The translations under genes and the position numbers were made by a program. A stretch of DNA of 64,000 bases. It comes from Dimorphilus gyrociliatus. Its lineage: Eukaryota; Animalia; Annelida. Under the pieces are notes generated by a model that saw nothing but the letters and a program-made list of their open reading frames with translations, was not told the DNA's origin and did no database searches. Each line of letters starts with the position of its first letter. Position 1 is the first letter of the stretch. The DNA is taken from assembly GCA_904063045.1 (NCBI GenBank), contig CAJFCJ010000007.1:1112819-1176818 (forward strand), given 5' to 3'. Below, in pieces: positions 13,166 to 24,856 of the stretch.

Positions 13166-13430
13166 ATCCTCCGGGAGATCCAGTGTGATCAGATAGGTTG
13201 CTTCCTTATTAGTACGGAAATGAGTATTCTTAATTTGCTGATAAACGTTATCTTCTACTGTCGTATCTTGATATGAAATTAATCAATCAAGGTAAAAAAA
13301 CTTTACAACAAGGAGCTTTCACAAGATCAAGCCCACAATTTTAGTTCAAAATAGAGTTGAATAGAAATGAACTATTATTTATAGCAGCTGTGGAGAATTT
13401 TCAGCCAATAGCTACAACTGTTATACAAGA

Positions 13431-13489
13431 TAGCCAATAAGAATTCGTCTAACAATATTGGAGATCCCCACTCACCTGAAGGGGTTTCC
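13431..13489. promoter_or_regulatory. Homologous promoter module upstream of ABCB copy B
   Basis: TAGCCAATAAGAATTCG matches TAACCAATAAGATTTCG at 7995. It is followed by GGAGATCCCC (reverse complement GGGGATCTCC fits GGGRNNYYCC) and TGAAGGGGTTTCC. Confidence 0.5.
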
Positions 13490-14556
13490 TGCCAAAGCTA
13501 TGACAAGCGGGGCACTTCTATATAAGGTGTATTGCGAAATCTGGGTCTGGTTGGTCATATGCAAATTACCCTCTCACTACTAATTTATGCTCATATATCG
13601 ACTCACCTAATTTTTATAGATTCAATAGAAAAAAATTCTTGTATATTTTGATGTTGATTTAAAAAAAAAGTACGTTTATTAAATTTTTCCTTATATGGTA
13701 TGCATAACTGATGATAATCAAATCAAGTATCCATATTTAGATGCTATGTACTTAGTATAAAAAGATTTATAACTGAGCAATAAGAATGTTGATTGTATAT
13801 ATACTTGATTTCAACGATTAAGTTAGGACGTTGAGTAAGGTAATACATAGGCTTAACTTAACACAGGATATGAAAATAATGATTTTTGTCAAGGAATTAT
13901 AGATTTCTTTATCTCTACAAAAAAAAACACTTTCAATTGTAATATACTTTTTTAAATATTGCCTTCTTTAAATGTTATCGTCAGATAAAGATATGATTTT
14001 TCTTAATCGTCTAGTTAACAAGGCGTATTACATCTTAGAACAGGTCAATGACTTAATTTTGAAAGTCCTTTCGTCGAAATCACGTGACTTGAAACTCTCG
14101 GGCTAAACCTCCAGGGGGCTTTATTGAATTTTTACTTAGTATTGATAAAATCTCAATTTTTAGAATTGTTATTGTTTTAAGTAAAAAAATTCTGCTTTTA
14201 ATTTATTTTCGAAAATGTGAAAATTGTTGTTAAATAATCAAAATTGAAGTGATGATATGATATATCTACATTTAAAGAAAGAGATTACTATTTTAATGTT
14301 TTTTCGCTTTTAAAGTGATAAACAACAGATTTGATAGTTTTTGAGAAAATTTAAATTGTTTATCTGTTAACTAAAAGCAATTGGGATCAATTATCGGTTG
14401 TGTAAAACAAATATACACGATAAGCCTTTACGTACATAAAAAAAATTGGAAACGTATGACAGAAAATTTTATCTACAGTAGCTCCATCTATAGCCTTAAA
14501 AAATCGAAGACAAAAATTTACGGCAAAAGGAAAAAAGTGTTTACTAAAAATCCGAA

Positions 14557-14567
14557 AGAGGGCGCCA
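14557..14567 (+). promoter_or_regulatory. CTCF-like motif AGAGGGCGCCA
   Basis: Matches the CTCF core AGRKGGCGCY. Located at the left edge of the FoxC non-coding domain. Confidence 0.4.
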
Positions 14568-15149
14568 GTTGTTGTTAAAAGTTCTTTTTAATGAAAATGC
14601 GCAAAAGATAACTTTAGGAAAAGTAAAAACTTTATTTACATTATAAGTTTATCAAATGTCTAGAATTTTGCTTTTCATATTGACCTGTGTGTTTTGTCGC
14701 CGAGTACCTATCAGTTCCAAATCATACTTATTATTTAGATATAAAAACATCGGTAACAACTATTTAAGGGAAAGAATTTGGTTTTCGAATAGAAAGCGAA
14801 ATCCGATTCTCAATTCTACGTCTCTTTTGTAATTTTGACAAGTGAGAATAGAGTATTTTCTATCGGAATAAAAGGCGAATCTTTTATTTTCAAACTTCTA
14901 ACTAGGTTTGCTGGAAATGCGCACCTGCCGGTATAGGCCACACAAGGTGAGACCGGGCGTTGTTTATTCAAGTAGATGGCATTTCCTACTCGTTTATACT
15001 GTCTTATGGCCTACAGGCTACATCTTCTTAGGTAACCAACTCATGTATACGAGTATATATTTATAACATTATATGCTATATAGTAGAAACACACATTATA
15101 TATATATATTAGTATTTTGAGAAAAGAAGCAATATATTTAAATATATTA

Positions 15150-15150
<1 letters not shown>

Positions 15151-15188
<38 letters not shown>

Positions 15189-15273
15189 GTTATATATAGT
15201 TATATATATATGTATGAAATATGGTTGGCTACTTATATATATTTGGAATATTGGCAAATGGGAGGAGTGAAAA

Positions 15274-15308
<35 letters not shown>
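15151..15308. repeat. (TA)n and (GA)n microsatellites
   Basis: (TA)~16 at 15151-15183 and (GA)n at ~15274-15308. Confidence 0.9.
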
Positions 15309-15310
<2 letters not shown>

Positions 15311-17341
15311 CACACATAGGGGGAGTGGGAGAAAAGAGAGAGAGGGAACAGATTGCGCGGACTTTCTGTTGGCGAACAGTTTTTTCATCCTAGCCCTTAA
15401 TTAGCCTCCGCATCAATACAGATCGTCACGTTTTAGGAGCGGTTAACAAACGAACGATTGATGTAGTAAATGATGCGGCGGACAAGAGAAGACGGAAGAA
15501 GATAAACAAACTGTTAGCGCAATTTGAAAAGATGCGCTACGGTGTATTGAGATGTAAAATACTTCTTGTTAGTGCTGCTGTCAAGCCAAACAAGCGATTG
15601 AGTAGAACGTGTGTATTCACTAAACACCGACACTAGTAGACTTTAGCTTGGAACGTGTTTGTTCTACAATTACAACAGTGTTGTTCTACTTGAAGAGTTT
15701 GATTATTTTCACTGATTGATACGATATATAGGCGCGCGCTTCTTTATAAAAATATATAATATATGTATATATATTCATTCTTATACACGTAAGGTATATT
15801 TACGAATTGTATATACAATAAACTAAGCGTATGTCATCGCACACTTAATCTTTAATAAATATTCTTAATTAATATGTATAAACTTACAAAGATAGCAGTT
15901 TCAAAAGGTCTGCGTAATACATAAACTTCCATTAGTCTATATTAGGAATTTAATTGCTCAAACGCCGTCTGTTTATATAAGAATATAAAAAGAGCTTATA
16001 AATTTCGTCTATGTAAGTAAAACTTGGCGCATTATCTATAAAGAGTAGCGGTGCAATAAAGCTTGGTCGTTGTTTACGAAAGATATCGATAATTAAGCGC
16101 GCGCGAGCGGCAGTTAATGGAGGAGAAATGTTGGTGTGCGAGACGGTAGAGCAAGTTTTCATTGAAAACAACAGCAACTTTTGATATTGTTTATTTATGT
16201 AGGACAGTATGGAGGATGAAAGAGAATCGAAAGAGGAAGACGAGCATTAGTAGGGAGAAAAAATGTAAAAACAAGTTAAATTACGAATACGTTTATTCTT
16301 TTTCTTTCATTTTGTTCTTTTCTCACAGTTTCAAACTTTAAAAGACGATTCAACCGCCCGCCCTCGAGCTGTATTGAGAGGAGGGGGGAAGGGCGAATAA
16401 AATGTCGTCTGTCAAGCGTTGAATGGCACGACGAGATGAGAATCGGTGTAAAGTCAACAACTGGTGGAGTTGGAGAGGAGAGACGGGGAGGTAGTGGCGG
16501 TTTGGGAGAGGGGGGAAAAGTTTGCAAACGCCCCGAAAACGTGCCTGTTCGCTGCCCGTTGGCGCTCGGCGGTGTCGAGTAGCGCCGTCTCCTGCTGCTC
16601 TTCGCCTCTAATCACGCGCACCACTATCTGCTCCCTAACCCCTTATCGACTGATAGCGGTTTTCCGCGTTATATACGCCCGGGCCCCCGACTAGAAAAGC
16701 TAACTAGGCGAAACTTCGCCTTCGATCCCTTTGATTGATTTTTTTTTCGCCCCCTCCTTCATAATCGATATTCTACCGTATCAGATTTCGTTATACAATC
16801 GATAAAACGTCGATTATCGACCGATGAGTAGGAATGCGCGAAATACTGGCAATTGTGTTGATAAAGTAATTTTAGTAGTGAATGAGAAAGAGCTGGCGGT
16901 GAAGTGCGTAAGTGTGTAGAAAAGAAAAAATAAGTGGGAAAAATAAGATAAAGATATGCGAAGGGAACGCTAGATGAGAGAAGGACATGATCTAGAAGAA
17001 ATAAATTAAAAAAGAAAAAAAGGAGTGAAAGAGAACAGGAGCTAAAAGAGAAAGGAAAGAGAATAGAACGTAAGATAGGCACGGAACGAAAGAGGGAGAA
17101 AGATAGAGAGAGAGTGGTAGTGGGCTGTTATCAATTAGGAGACGAATGCAATTAGTACGCGCCTCTAACCGACCCGTTCCGTTCGCATCGAATTTCGTAA
17201 GTGCGTGCAGATGGACGAGGAAGGCGGCGTCCTTTGGGTGAAGTCGACTGCAACGTCAATACGCGCAAGAATAACATGGACGAGGCATGGCGCTGTTTTT
17301 CGTGCACGCAGCCCTGTTTACCTTAGATCCGAGTAGAATGC

Positions 17342-17399
17342 GATGGCCGCCTAATTATCGGGCGGTCGACGGGGGTTCCGAGATCCCCTGGCGGCCATC
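17342..17399. promoter_or_regulatory. GC-rich element bounded by a perfect 10-bp inverted repeat (GATGGCCGCC...GGCGGCCATC)
   Basis: The inverted repeat is directly visible. The arms resemble YY1/Pho sites (GCCATC). The interior holds TAATTA and a GGGG-N-CCCC hairpin. About 1.15 kb upstream of FoxC. Confidence 0.45.
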
Positions 17400-18447
17400 T
17401 TGTTTTTCTACCGTCACCGCGTCTTTTATCGAACACGTTAAGCCTATCTAATCACATTTTCCCCTCGCCAATTTCCGCCTCGTTCGCCAGCAGGTTTTTC
17501 ATACACGCCTATAGGTAAACATTTCATCAAATTTTCTATATCCGTTCTCATTTTTTTGGCGAATAGACGATTTTTTTTCAGCTATAAAGCCTTTATTCTT
17601 TTTTTAGAGCAGAAATTTTTATAGAAGAAACGATCCGCGCACCTTCGAACTATCTATCCGCGTGTGTATATATGGACAACGCCGCCTTAGGCCAAGATTT
17701 TCGCTAGGACAAAAACGCTTCTACCGGATCGCTTTTCTTCAAAGGGACTTTTAATTTGCGCCTAGCCCGAGCTTGTACAAACATCGAATGCATTCCTTCC
17801 TTGTGTATCAAAAAGCGACAACTTAATATCATTAAAATATACTATACAAGCCATATGATATACTTTTTTTTTCGAAAGAGAAAATATAGGGCGAATTTTT
17901 TTCCCATTTTTCATCCAAATGATCATGAAATGCGAATAAAAACGACATCGCACGCGCACCTTTTCAACTGACAAAGAGCAGTTTGTACACGTGCAAAAAA
18001 ATTGGAGGAAAATGTTGGAAGAAAGTGCGATGCCCTGAGGCAGCAATTTGACTGCACTGATCAAAGTTGGCGTACGAGCTCGAGGCAAGGGCTGCAGTTT
18101 TCACTCGTTGACACTGCAAATAAAGCGCATTGAAAGCTCCACTTGAACAGAGTCGACCGAGATCTAGTTGTCAAGTGGTGGCGCATGCAGCTGCTCCTTT
18201 TTCCCCTCCCCTTTACGTTTATCTTTCCTAAAGTCTTTCCTACTTTTACTAGTCTTTCTTTTCCCATTAAAATTAATACATCTATATACGCTTACACAAA
18301 GTGGTAGGTATAAAGACTTTATTATGTTGGCGAGAAGAAGAAGAAGAAGCCTTTATCAACAGTGTCGCAGCTCAGAAAACGGTCGCATATCAATTTGACT
18401 GAGCAATCGAGCGTGAGATGACCGTTCCTTGCTAGTGCAGCGCGCTC

Positions 18448-18486
18448 ATTGGTTGATCACGTTGCTGACGTCATTGATTTGGGCGG
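18448..18486 (+). promoter_or_regulatory. FoxC proximal promoter elements: inverted CCAAT (18448-52), CRE TGACGTCA (18466-73), GC box GGGCGG (18481-86)
   Basis: Three canonical motifs within 40 bp, 65-105 bp upstream of the FoxC ATG. Confidence 0.5.
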
Positions 18487-18552
18487 AGCTTAGCACAACA
18501 GAGCAGCCGAGAGGAGAAGGAAGAAGGGCACATGAGGTAGGCAGTCGAAATA

Positions 18553-19854
18553 ATGCAGCCGACCGGCGTGGCACATCGAGCTTACGCCCATTCGGGCTCT
18601 ATGCCTATGACAAATGCACTTGGATCGTCGATTATGCCATCGTTCTTCGATCAAACTCACAGCCCGGCCGTCAGCTGTGCGTCCGCTGGATATTATTCGT
18701 CGGCATACGCCCCGAGTATGGCATCCATGTATGCTCCAAGTCCGGACAGATATATGCCTCGAGCTCATCCATATGCCTCTTACGCCGCAAGTCATCAGAC
18801 AACAGCTAAAGACATGGTCAAACCGCCATATTCCTACATCGCCCTTATAGCCATGGCCATTCAAAGTAGTCCTGAGAAAAAGGCAACTCTTAATGGAATT
18901 TATCAGTTTATTATGGAACGTTTTCCGTATTACAGGGAAAATAAGCAGGGATGGCAAAATTCCATCCGTCATAATTTGTCGCTAAACGACTGTTTTATCA
19001 AAGTGGCCAGAGATGATAAGAAGCCGGGCAAAGGCTCCTACTGGACACTCGACCCTGATAGTTATAACATGTTCGATAACGGCTCATATTTACGGAGAAG
19101 GAGACGCTTTAAAAAACAGGATCTTGGTAAAGAAAGAGATGAAAGCGATCCAAAACGGCTCAAAGATGAAAATAATGTTAATCATGATTCGGGTCACGAT
19201 TCGGATACTGGAGATGTAAAACCAACCCTATTAGAACTAACGCCTGCCTCACCGAACCAACCTTTGCTTCCGGTAAAGCTCGAATCCAACTCGTCGTCGA
19301 ACGACTGCAGGGCAGTGGATGATGAGCGAACACCTCCTCCTCCTCCTCCACAAGCACCTCAGCCCCAGCAGCAGCCACAACAGCAACAGCAACATCAGCA
19401 GTCAGACGCCTGTGCTGGATTTAGCGTCGAGAATATAATGACGTCTTCATCAGCAACTGCTGAAGGAGGTGGTAGTCAACAGTTTGAGCAACAGCAACAG
19501 CAGGCGCTATCGTCGACCTACAGATCGTCTTGTTCTGTTAATTTATCACCTTTTGAAAGCCACAGCCACCATCAACAGCAACACGTACAACCGGCTCCTC
19601 TCGACGCCCTCCATGAAATGACGGGAACGGATACAACGTCCAGCTACGGTCGGAGTTCCTGGTACGGTGAGGGAGCGGATATGTCGAGCTATTCGGCAAT
19701 CGCCGCCTCTAGTATGTTTGACGCTCAGAGACTGTTATACGCTCAAACTGAAACGGCCGCTAATTGCAGTCATTTGCGGTCCGCTTATAAGATGCCGCCC
19801 AACTCCTATTCGTCGTCCTCTTCATCACCTTATGATTGTGTCGCCAAGTTCTGA
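18553..19854 (+). CDS. FOXC: Forkhead box C transcription factor (433 aa, single exon)
   Basis: Forkhead domain [14 protein letters not shown]...[36 protein letters not shown] is FoxC-diagnostic. An eh1-like FSVENIM motif is present, and the C-terminal YDCVAKF resembles the FoxC YDCSKF terminus. Confidence 0.95.
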   Translation: MQPTGVAHRAYAHSGSMPMTNALGSSIMPSFFDQTHSPAVSCASAGYYSSAYAPSMASMYAPSPDRYMPRAHPYASYAASHQTTAKDMVKPPYSYIALIAMAIQSSPEKKATLNGIYQFIMERFPYYRENKQGWQNSIRHNLSLNDCFIKVARDDKKPGKGSYWTLDPDSYNMFDNGSYLRRRRRFKKQDLGKERDESDPKRLKDENNVNHDSGHDSDTGDVKPTLLELTPASPNQPLLPVKLESNSSSNDCRAVDDERTPPPPPPQAPQPQQQPQQQQQHQQSDACAGFSVENIMTSSSATAEGGGSQQFEQQQQQALSSTYRSSCSVNLSPFESHSHHQQQHVQPAPLDALHEMTGTDTTSSYGRSSWYGEGADMSSYSAIAASSMFDAQRLLYAQTETAANCSHLRSAYKMPPNSYSSSSSSPYDCVAKF

Positions 19855-19936
19855 CGATATGGTGTCTAATTCACTTAAATACCCCGCGTATGCGTACATA
19901 TATGTATATATACTTATGTACATGTATCTGTATATT

Positions 19937-19938
<2 letters not shown>

Positions 19939-19988
<50 letters not shown>

Positions 19989-20931
19989 ATATGTATATGT
20001 ATACATATATTTAGGTTGGTGTTTTTCTCTAATTCTATCTCTTTCTCTCTCTCTCTCTCTCTATCTCTATCTCATAAACATAAATACTTTCTCTTTTCTT
20101 CTCCGTTCCGCTTCTAAACCAACGCAAAAACACGAGCGAGTTTGAAATTGTGAAACTTTTTCTAGGCATTCAAGTATTTCTCAAATGCGCAAACGTCCTC
20201 TTTTAATCGGCTTAAGAAATTAAGTTATTTCGATTTATATGCATGTTCTGTGTATTACACGTCTATCTGTTCGTATTGAAAGTGTTTGCATTTGATGACG
20301 TCACAGTTGTGAACAGTGATCAGTGTAGCGTGTAGACGTCGGCAAATTGATTGTTTGTCAAAGTCGGTGAAGCTAAAGGCTTTTCGGGAGGCTACAAACT
20401 GATGAGTTTATCAGACACGGCTCGTAACGCGTTGCAGCTGCTAGATGACCTACTTTTGTGAACTACCTCGTTTGTCGCGCAGGCCTATATAACGCTTCTC
20501 TTTTTCTTTCTCGTTTTCTAATTTGCACTCATAAAAATTAACAAAAAAATGGGAAATACCTTCTCCTTCCTTTTTTGTTTTATAACATATCGTCGTTATC
20601 CCGTTTTGAAAAAAATCGTGTATATACCACGTATACAAATAGATGTTATATAATAAACTGTATATTCTGCGTAATATATATATATATATATATATATGAA
20701 GTATATGTACTGTGGTATTTATATATGTGTATAAATGTATATATATATATATAAATGTATATATATATAAATGTACATATGTTTCTCTTAAATTTGTATA
20801 CATTCATAAGTATACATAAGTGAGAGGTATAGTATATATGTATATTTATAAATATATATTTATACATAGATATACAACATATATATATATATATATATAT
20901 ATTTATTTGTGTACAATATATATATATATTT

Positions 20932-20979
<48 letters not shown>

Positions 20980-21000
20980 TTATATATATATGAATATATA
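19939..21000. repeat. (AT)n microsatellites and AT low-complexity blocks 3' of FoxC
   Basis: (AT)~21 at 19939-19980, (CT)n near 20040-20070, and degenerate (AT)n at ~20670-21000. Confidence 0.9.
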
Positions 21001-23540
21001 ATTCGTATATACATAATCAAGTAATAAATATAATTGTTGCACGGTTCGTTGTGAAAAGAATACAGTGGAAGAATTTGCGCGCGAATAAAAGTTAATGAAT
21101 CGAGCAGATAGGGAAGCGTGCGCAAGAGAGAGATTTGCGAACACGTGCGCGGAAAAAGAAGGGAATTAAGAGATGGATAACGATAAGAGAGGATGATAGC
21201 ACAGATGTTGGGAAGTTGTCAATGTAATAAATCCAAGGGCGTTAACAGGCGGTCAAGGCTTAATTATACACATGCCCCGAATACATCAAAACACGGTTGA
21301 AAAGTGACTACCGTCTACCCGGACTAGTGGCTCGCGAGAATCTAGTTCCCTTTTATGCGTTGCGTCATGCAATCTACGGTTACAAGTTGCATTATGACGT
21401 AATAGGACGATTTGTTGCGCCGTCAGAATGCGCACATTCCTCGCGACCCGATTATCTCGTAGGAAAACATTCGAATCTGCTAACTATACGCTCAAATCAA
21501 CGTTCATTCTTCGCCGAATACTGAATAAACAAAGCTCATAATTGAAAAAGCTGGGTCCCCTCTCCCTACTTATAAAACGAATTTAACATTTTATAAAACC
21601 TTTCGTACATTTCCACGATTTGTACAAGCAGTTTCTTTTGAAGTGCTCTTGATTTCGGCTAGACCGTGGATTAAGACGGCGCTGATTTGCCACTTGATGA
21701 CAAACAGCTGCTGCGTAGACGCCTTCGCCCTCTCATCCGTATGAGAACGCGACTGTGATGTTCGGTGCGCGGACGGACGCGTCACTGTGCTGACGTATTT
21801 AGGTAGGGAAAGTTACGTCGTCAATTTCTCCAATTTCTCACATTTCCAATTCTCAGAGAAAATGTCAGGCGGCTGAAAAAAACAGAAATTCCCTGGAGGA
21901 AGGCTAGCCAATTTGTCCGCATATGTTCCGTTCGACGCTCGGCAGGCGGTGGGAAGACGATCGAGCATATCGAAATCGGCTAATTGCAAACAAAGCGAAT
22001 AAGTATAGGCATATAGGCCGGATCGTCTTCCTTCTTATCGCCTTGGCGCTAAATGGCCGTAGATAAAAAGTTGGCGTTTTGTAAACAGGACGAAAAATAG
22101 TAGAAAAGATAGAGCGAACAAGAAAAAAGGGGTAAACTTGGCAAAGCTTTCTTTCATTTTGTTTGGTGCGCTCTGATTAATTCGTGATTAGTTTTAGCCC
22201 CAGAGCGCCAATCATCGCCCTTCCTCCTTCTTGCGCAGCCGCTGTCAGCGAAATGTCAAAAGTTGCTGGCTGATAAGGACGATTATAAGGAAGTTTTCCA
22301 TTTTCTTTCTATCTTCTTTATTATTATTATCTTTATTACTATTGTTATTACTATTGTTATTTGTATTATTCTATTTTTTTATTTATATTGTAATTAACCT
22401 GGATTTTTTTTTGGTATGCGATTGAAAATGAACACGAGAAGGAGAAATAAAAGAGGGGAAAAATAGAAAAATGGAAAAATTGTATATATGAAAGAGTGTG
22501 AAGCAGACGTTTGGCAATATATATAGCAAACTATATACAGAGCCTATAATACACGTGCTGGCCAGATTTTTCGACTTTCCAAAAAAACGGTAGCGAAACG
22601 AAAGTTTGGTTAGAAAAAAATAATAAAAGATAGAAAAAAAGAAAGAATGAGAGAAGGAAAGAAAGAAAAATAATGAAAAAAAGAGGAACGAAGAGATAAT
22701 GGAGAGGCACTCGAGAAGGATATATCGTATATAGTTGGAAAGAGAAAGAAGAGCCGAGGCATTACACGCTCGCATAAACACTCTTTTCCTCGTCTTATAT
22801 ACAGCTGCCGCCAACGCTAACCGATTTGGCTGACGGACAGAAGTAGGTCGCATTCTACTAATACAAACAACCAATTCCTTTCAACGAGCCGTGTCGTTCA
22901 TCCTCCGAATAGTATACAACATTTTCGCATTACGTTCTCTTCCGCTCGTAAACAAAAAAATTGCGACATTTTTTTCATAAATCACTTTAATTCCCTTTCG
23001 TACACTTTACGGATCAGAGCGGATAAAGGCCTAGTCAGCGACCTTTACCGATAAGCTGTCGTCGTAGCAAGCTACATTCATCAAAATGCGCCTGCGACTC
23101 GCCGACAAATATGCTATTATTTTAAACGACCCGACTGTTTTAACAGGATACACTTGGCATTGTTAACCGTTCTTGTTTTCGAATATACAACTCGCATAAA
23201 CACGTTTAGGTCAAGAAGAATAAACAGCTTTGTAAAAACAATGACATTGGCAGCCACTGGCCGGTCTATTTTATATAAGCGATTATTCTGGCTTACTTCC
23301 GTTTCGCTAAGATTACCAAAGGGCGGTGGATGTTTGCAGCAGCAACCTTTCAAAAACAGTCTCCCACCTACCCATCTCCCACTGAATATTTCTCTCTTAT
23401 TAAAAACAACCCGTCAGTTGTTAAATACGAGTTAGTGACTTTTTTCCGGTTCATTTAAAACTTTTATAGTTTATTGTTAGAACTAATAAAAATACAATTC
23501 AATCCGAAAAGGCAATGAATTGACTCCCGTCTACTCTTGC

Positions 23541-23577
<37 letters not shown>

Positions 23578-23679
23578 ATTTTCTCTCCTTCACCTATCGG
23601 ACTTGGCAACGTTTTTCCATCCACATTATTGCATTATATTCTCATAACTTAAAAACGAAAAAATAAAAATTCCTTTCAC

Positions 23680-23690
23680 TAGCGCCATCT
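23680..23690 (-). promoter_or_regulatory. CTCF-like motif AGATGGCGCTA (minus strand)
   Basis: TAGCGCCATCT on the plus strand, at the right edge of the FoxC non-coding domain. Confidence 0.4.
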
Positions 23691-24689
23691 AACGTTCTTC
23701 TAAAATTACATCGCATTACGAGATGTTTAAAAATAAAATTGTAAATAATCCATTGTCTGTTCAGTATGAATAACACTTCTTTTCTACGTCGCTATTTTTT
23801 CCCTTCTTTATAGGATTCTTAAACAATAGATAATAGGAAGTTAATGCGTAAATAGCCGCCGAGTTTGTATTTCTATTCGACAATCTAAAGAATTTCCTTT
23901 TTTTATCAAATTGAATGAAAACTTTTTAAGTAAGAGTACATATAATAGTACGAGGTTAAATTTCTACTCTTTCATTGATTTCTTGACCACAGGCTGTAAA
24001 TACCGTTCGTATTGTTATCTTTTCCTTTTTTGTTAAAAGAGCTCCTCAATAGGGCTAAGTAGACTATTTAGATCCTTTTCGATAGACTGATAAAAGTTAA
24101 GCAAATTTACAAAATCTTAAGAAAAACCTATTAAATTTCACCAAGAAAGAAAAGAAACAGTAAAAAAAAATATTATCAAATTTATGAAGGAATCCTTAAT
24201 AATAAAGATGTTTTATTACGTAATCAGATAAACTCATACACTGTAGAGCAAATTGATAAAAAAAAAGCTCATTTATATAAATATGTATAATAATATATAT
24301 ATATATAAATACGTAAGCAAATACATAAAATTGTAATTTTTTTTGTATTCATTATGTTAATAACTGATTGCATTTTTATGGCACTTAGAGGTAGTCCAAC
24401 AATAATCACAATAGGCAAGAAACAGAAACAAGAACAAGAAGGAAAAAAAAAAACAAAATAAAACCAATTAATTTTTTAAATTGTAAAATAAAAAAAGGAA
24501 AAGAAAACAAAAATGTATTTGTTTTAATTAGTATGTATAGATTTTTTTGATTCTTTTTCAATTGTTTTCATTTCCTTTTAAATGATTTTCAAACATTCTT
24601 TGCTCATTGAAAGACTAAATATATATATACTGTATATCTGTTGATCACCTTTTTTAAATTATAAAATGCACAAATTTCTGTCAAAAAAT

Positions 24690-24691
<2 letters not shown>

Positions 24692-24768
<77 letters not shown>

Positions 24769-24770
24769 GA
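24692..24770. repeat. (GA)n microsatellite, ~39 units
   Basis: Near-perfect GA dinucleotide run just 3' of the lipase stop codon. Confidence 0.95.
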
Positions 24771-24856
24771 AAAAAAACAGCGCCTACTTTTGAGAAAATA
24801 AAAACAAAAATTCAAAGTACTGCGGGCATATAGCAGTTTTAGGTTAAAAGAAACTA

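Noticed and set aside
15437-15540. Peptide DKRRRKKINKLLAQF resembling a bHLH basic-helix 1 region
   Set aside because: No start codon, no helix 2, and no partner exon found; likely a chance match in purine-rich sequence.
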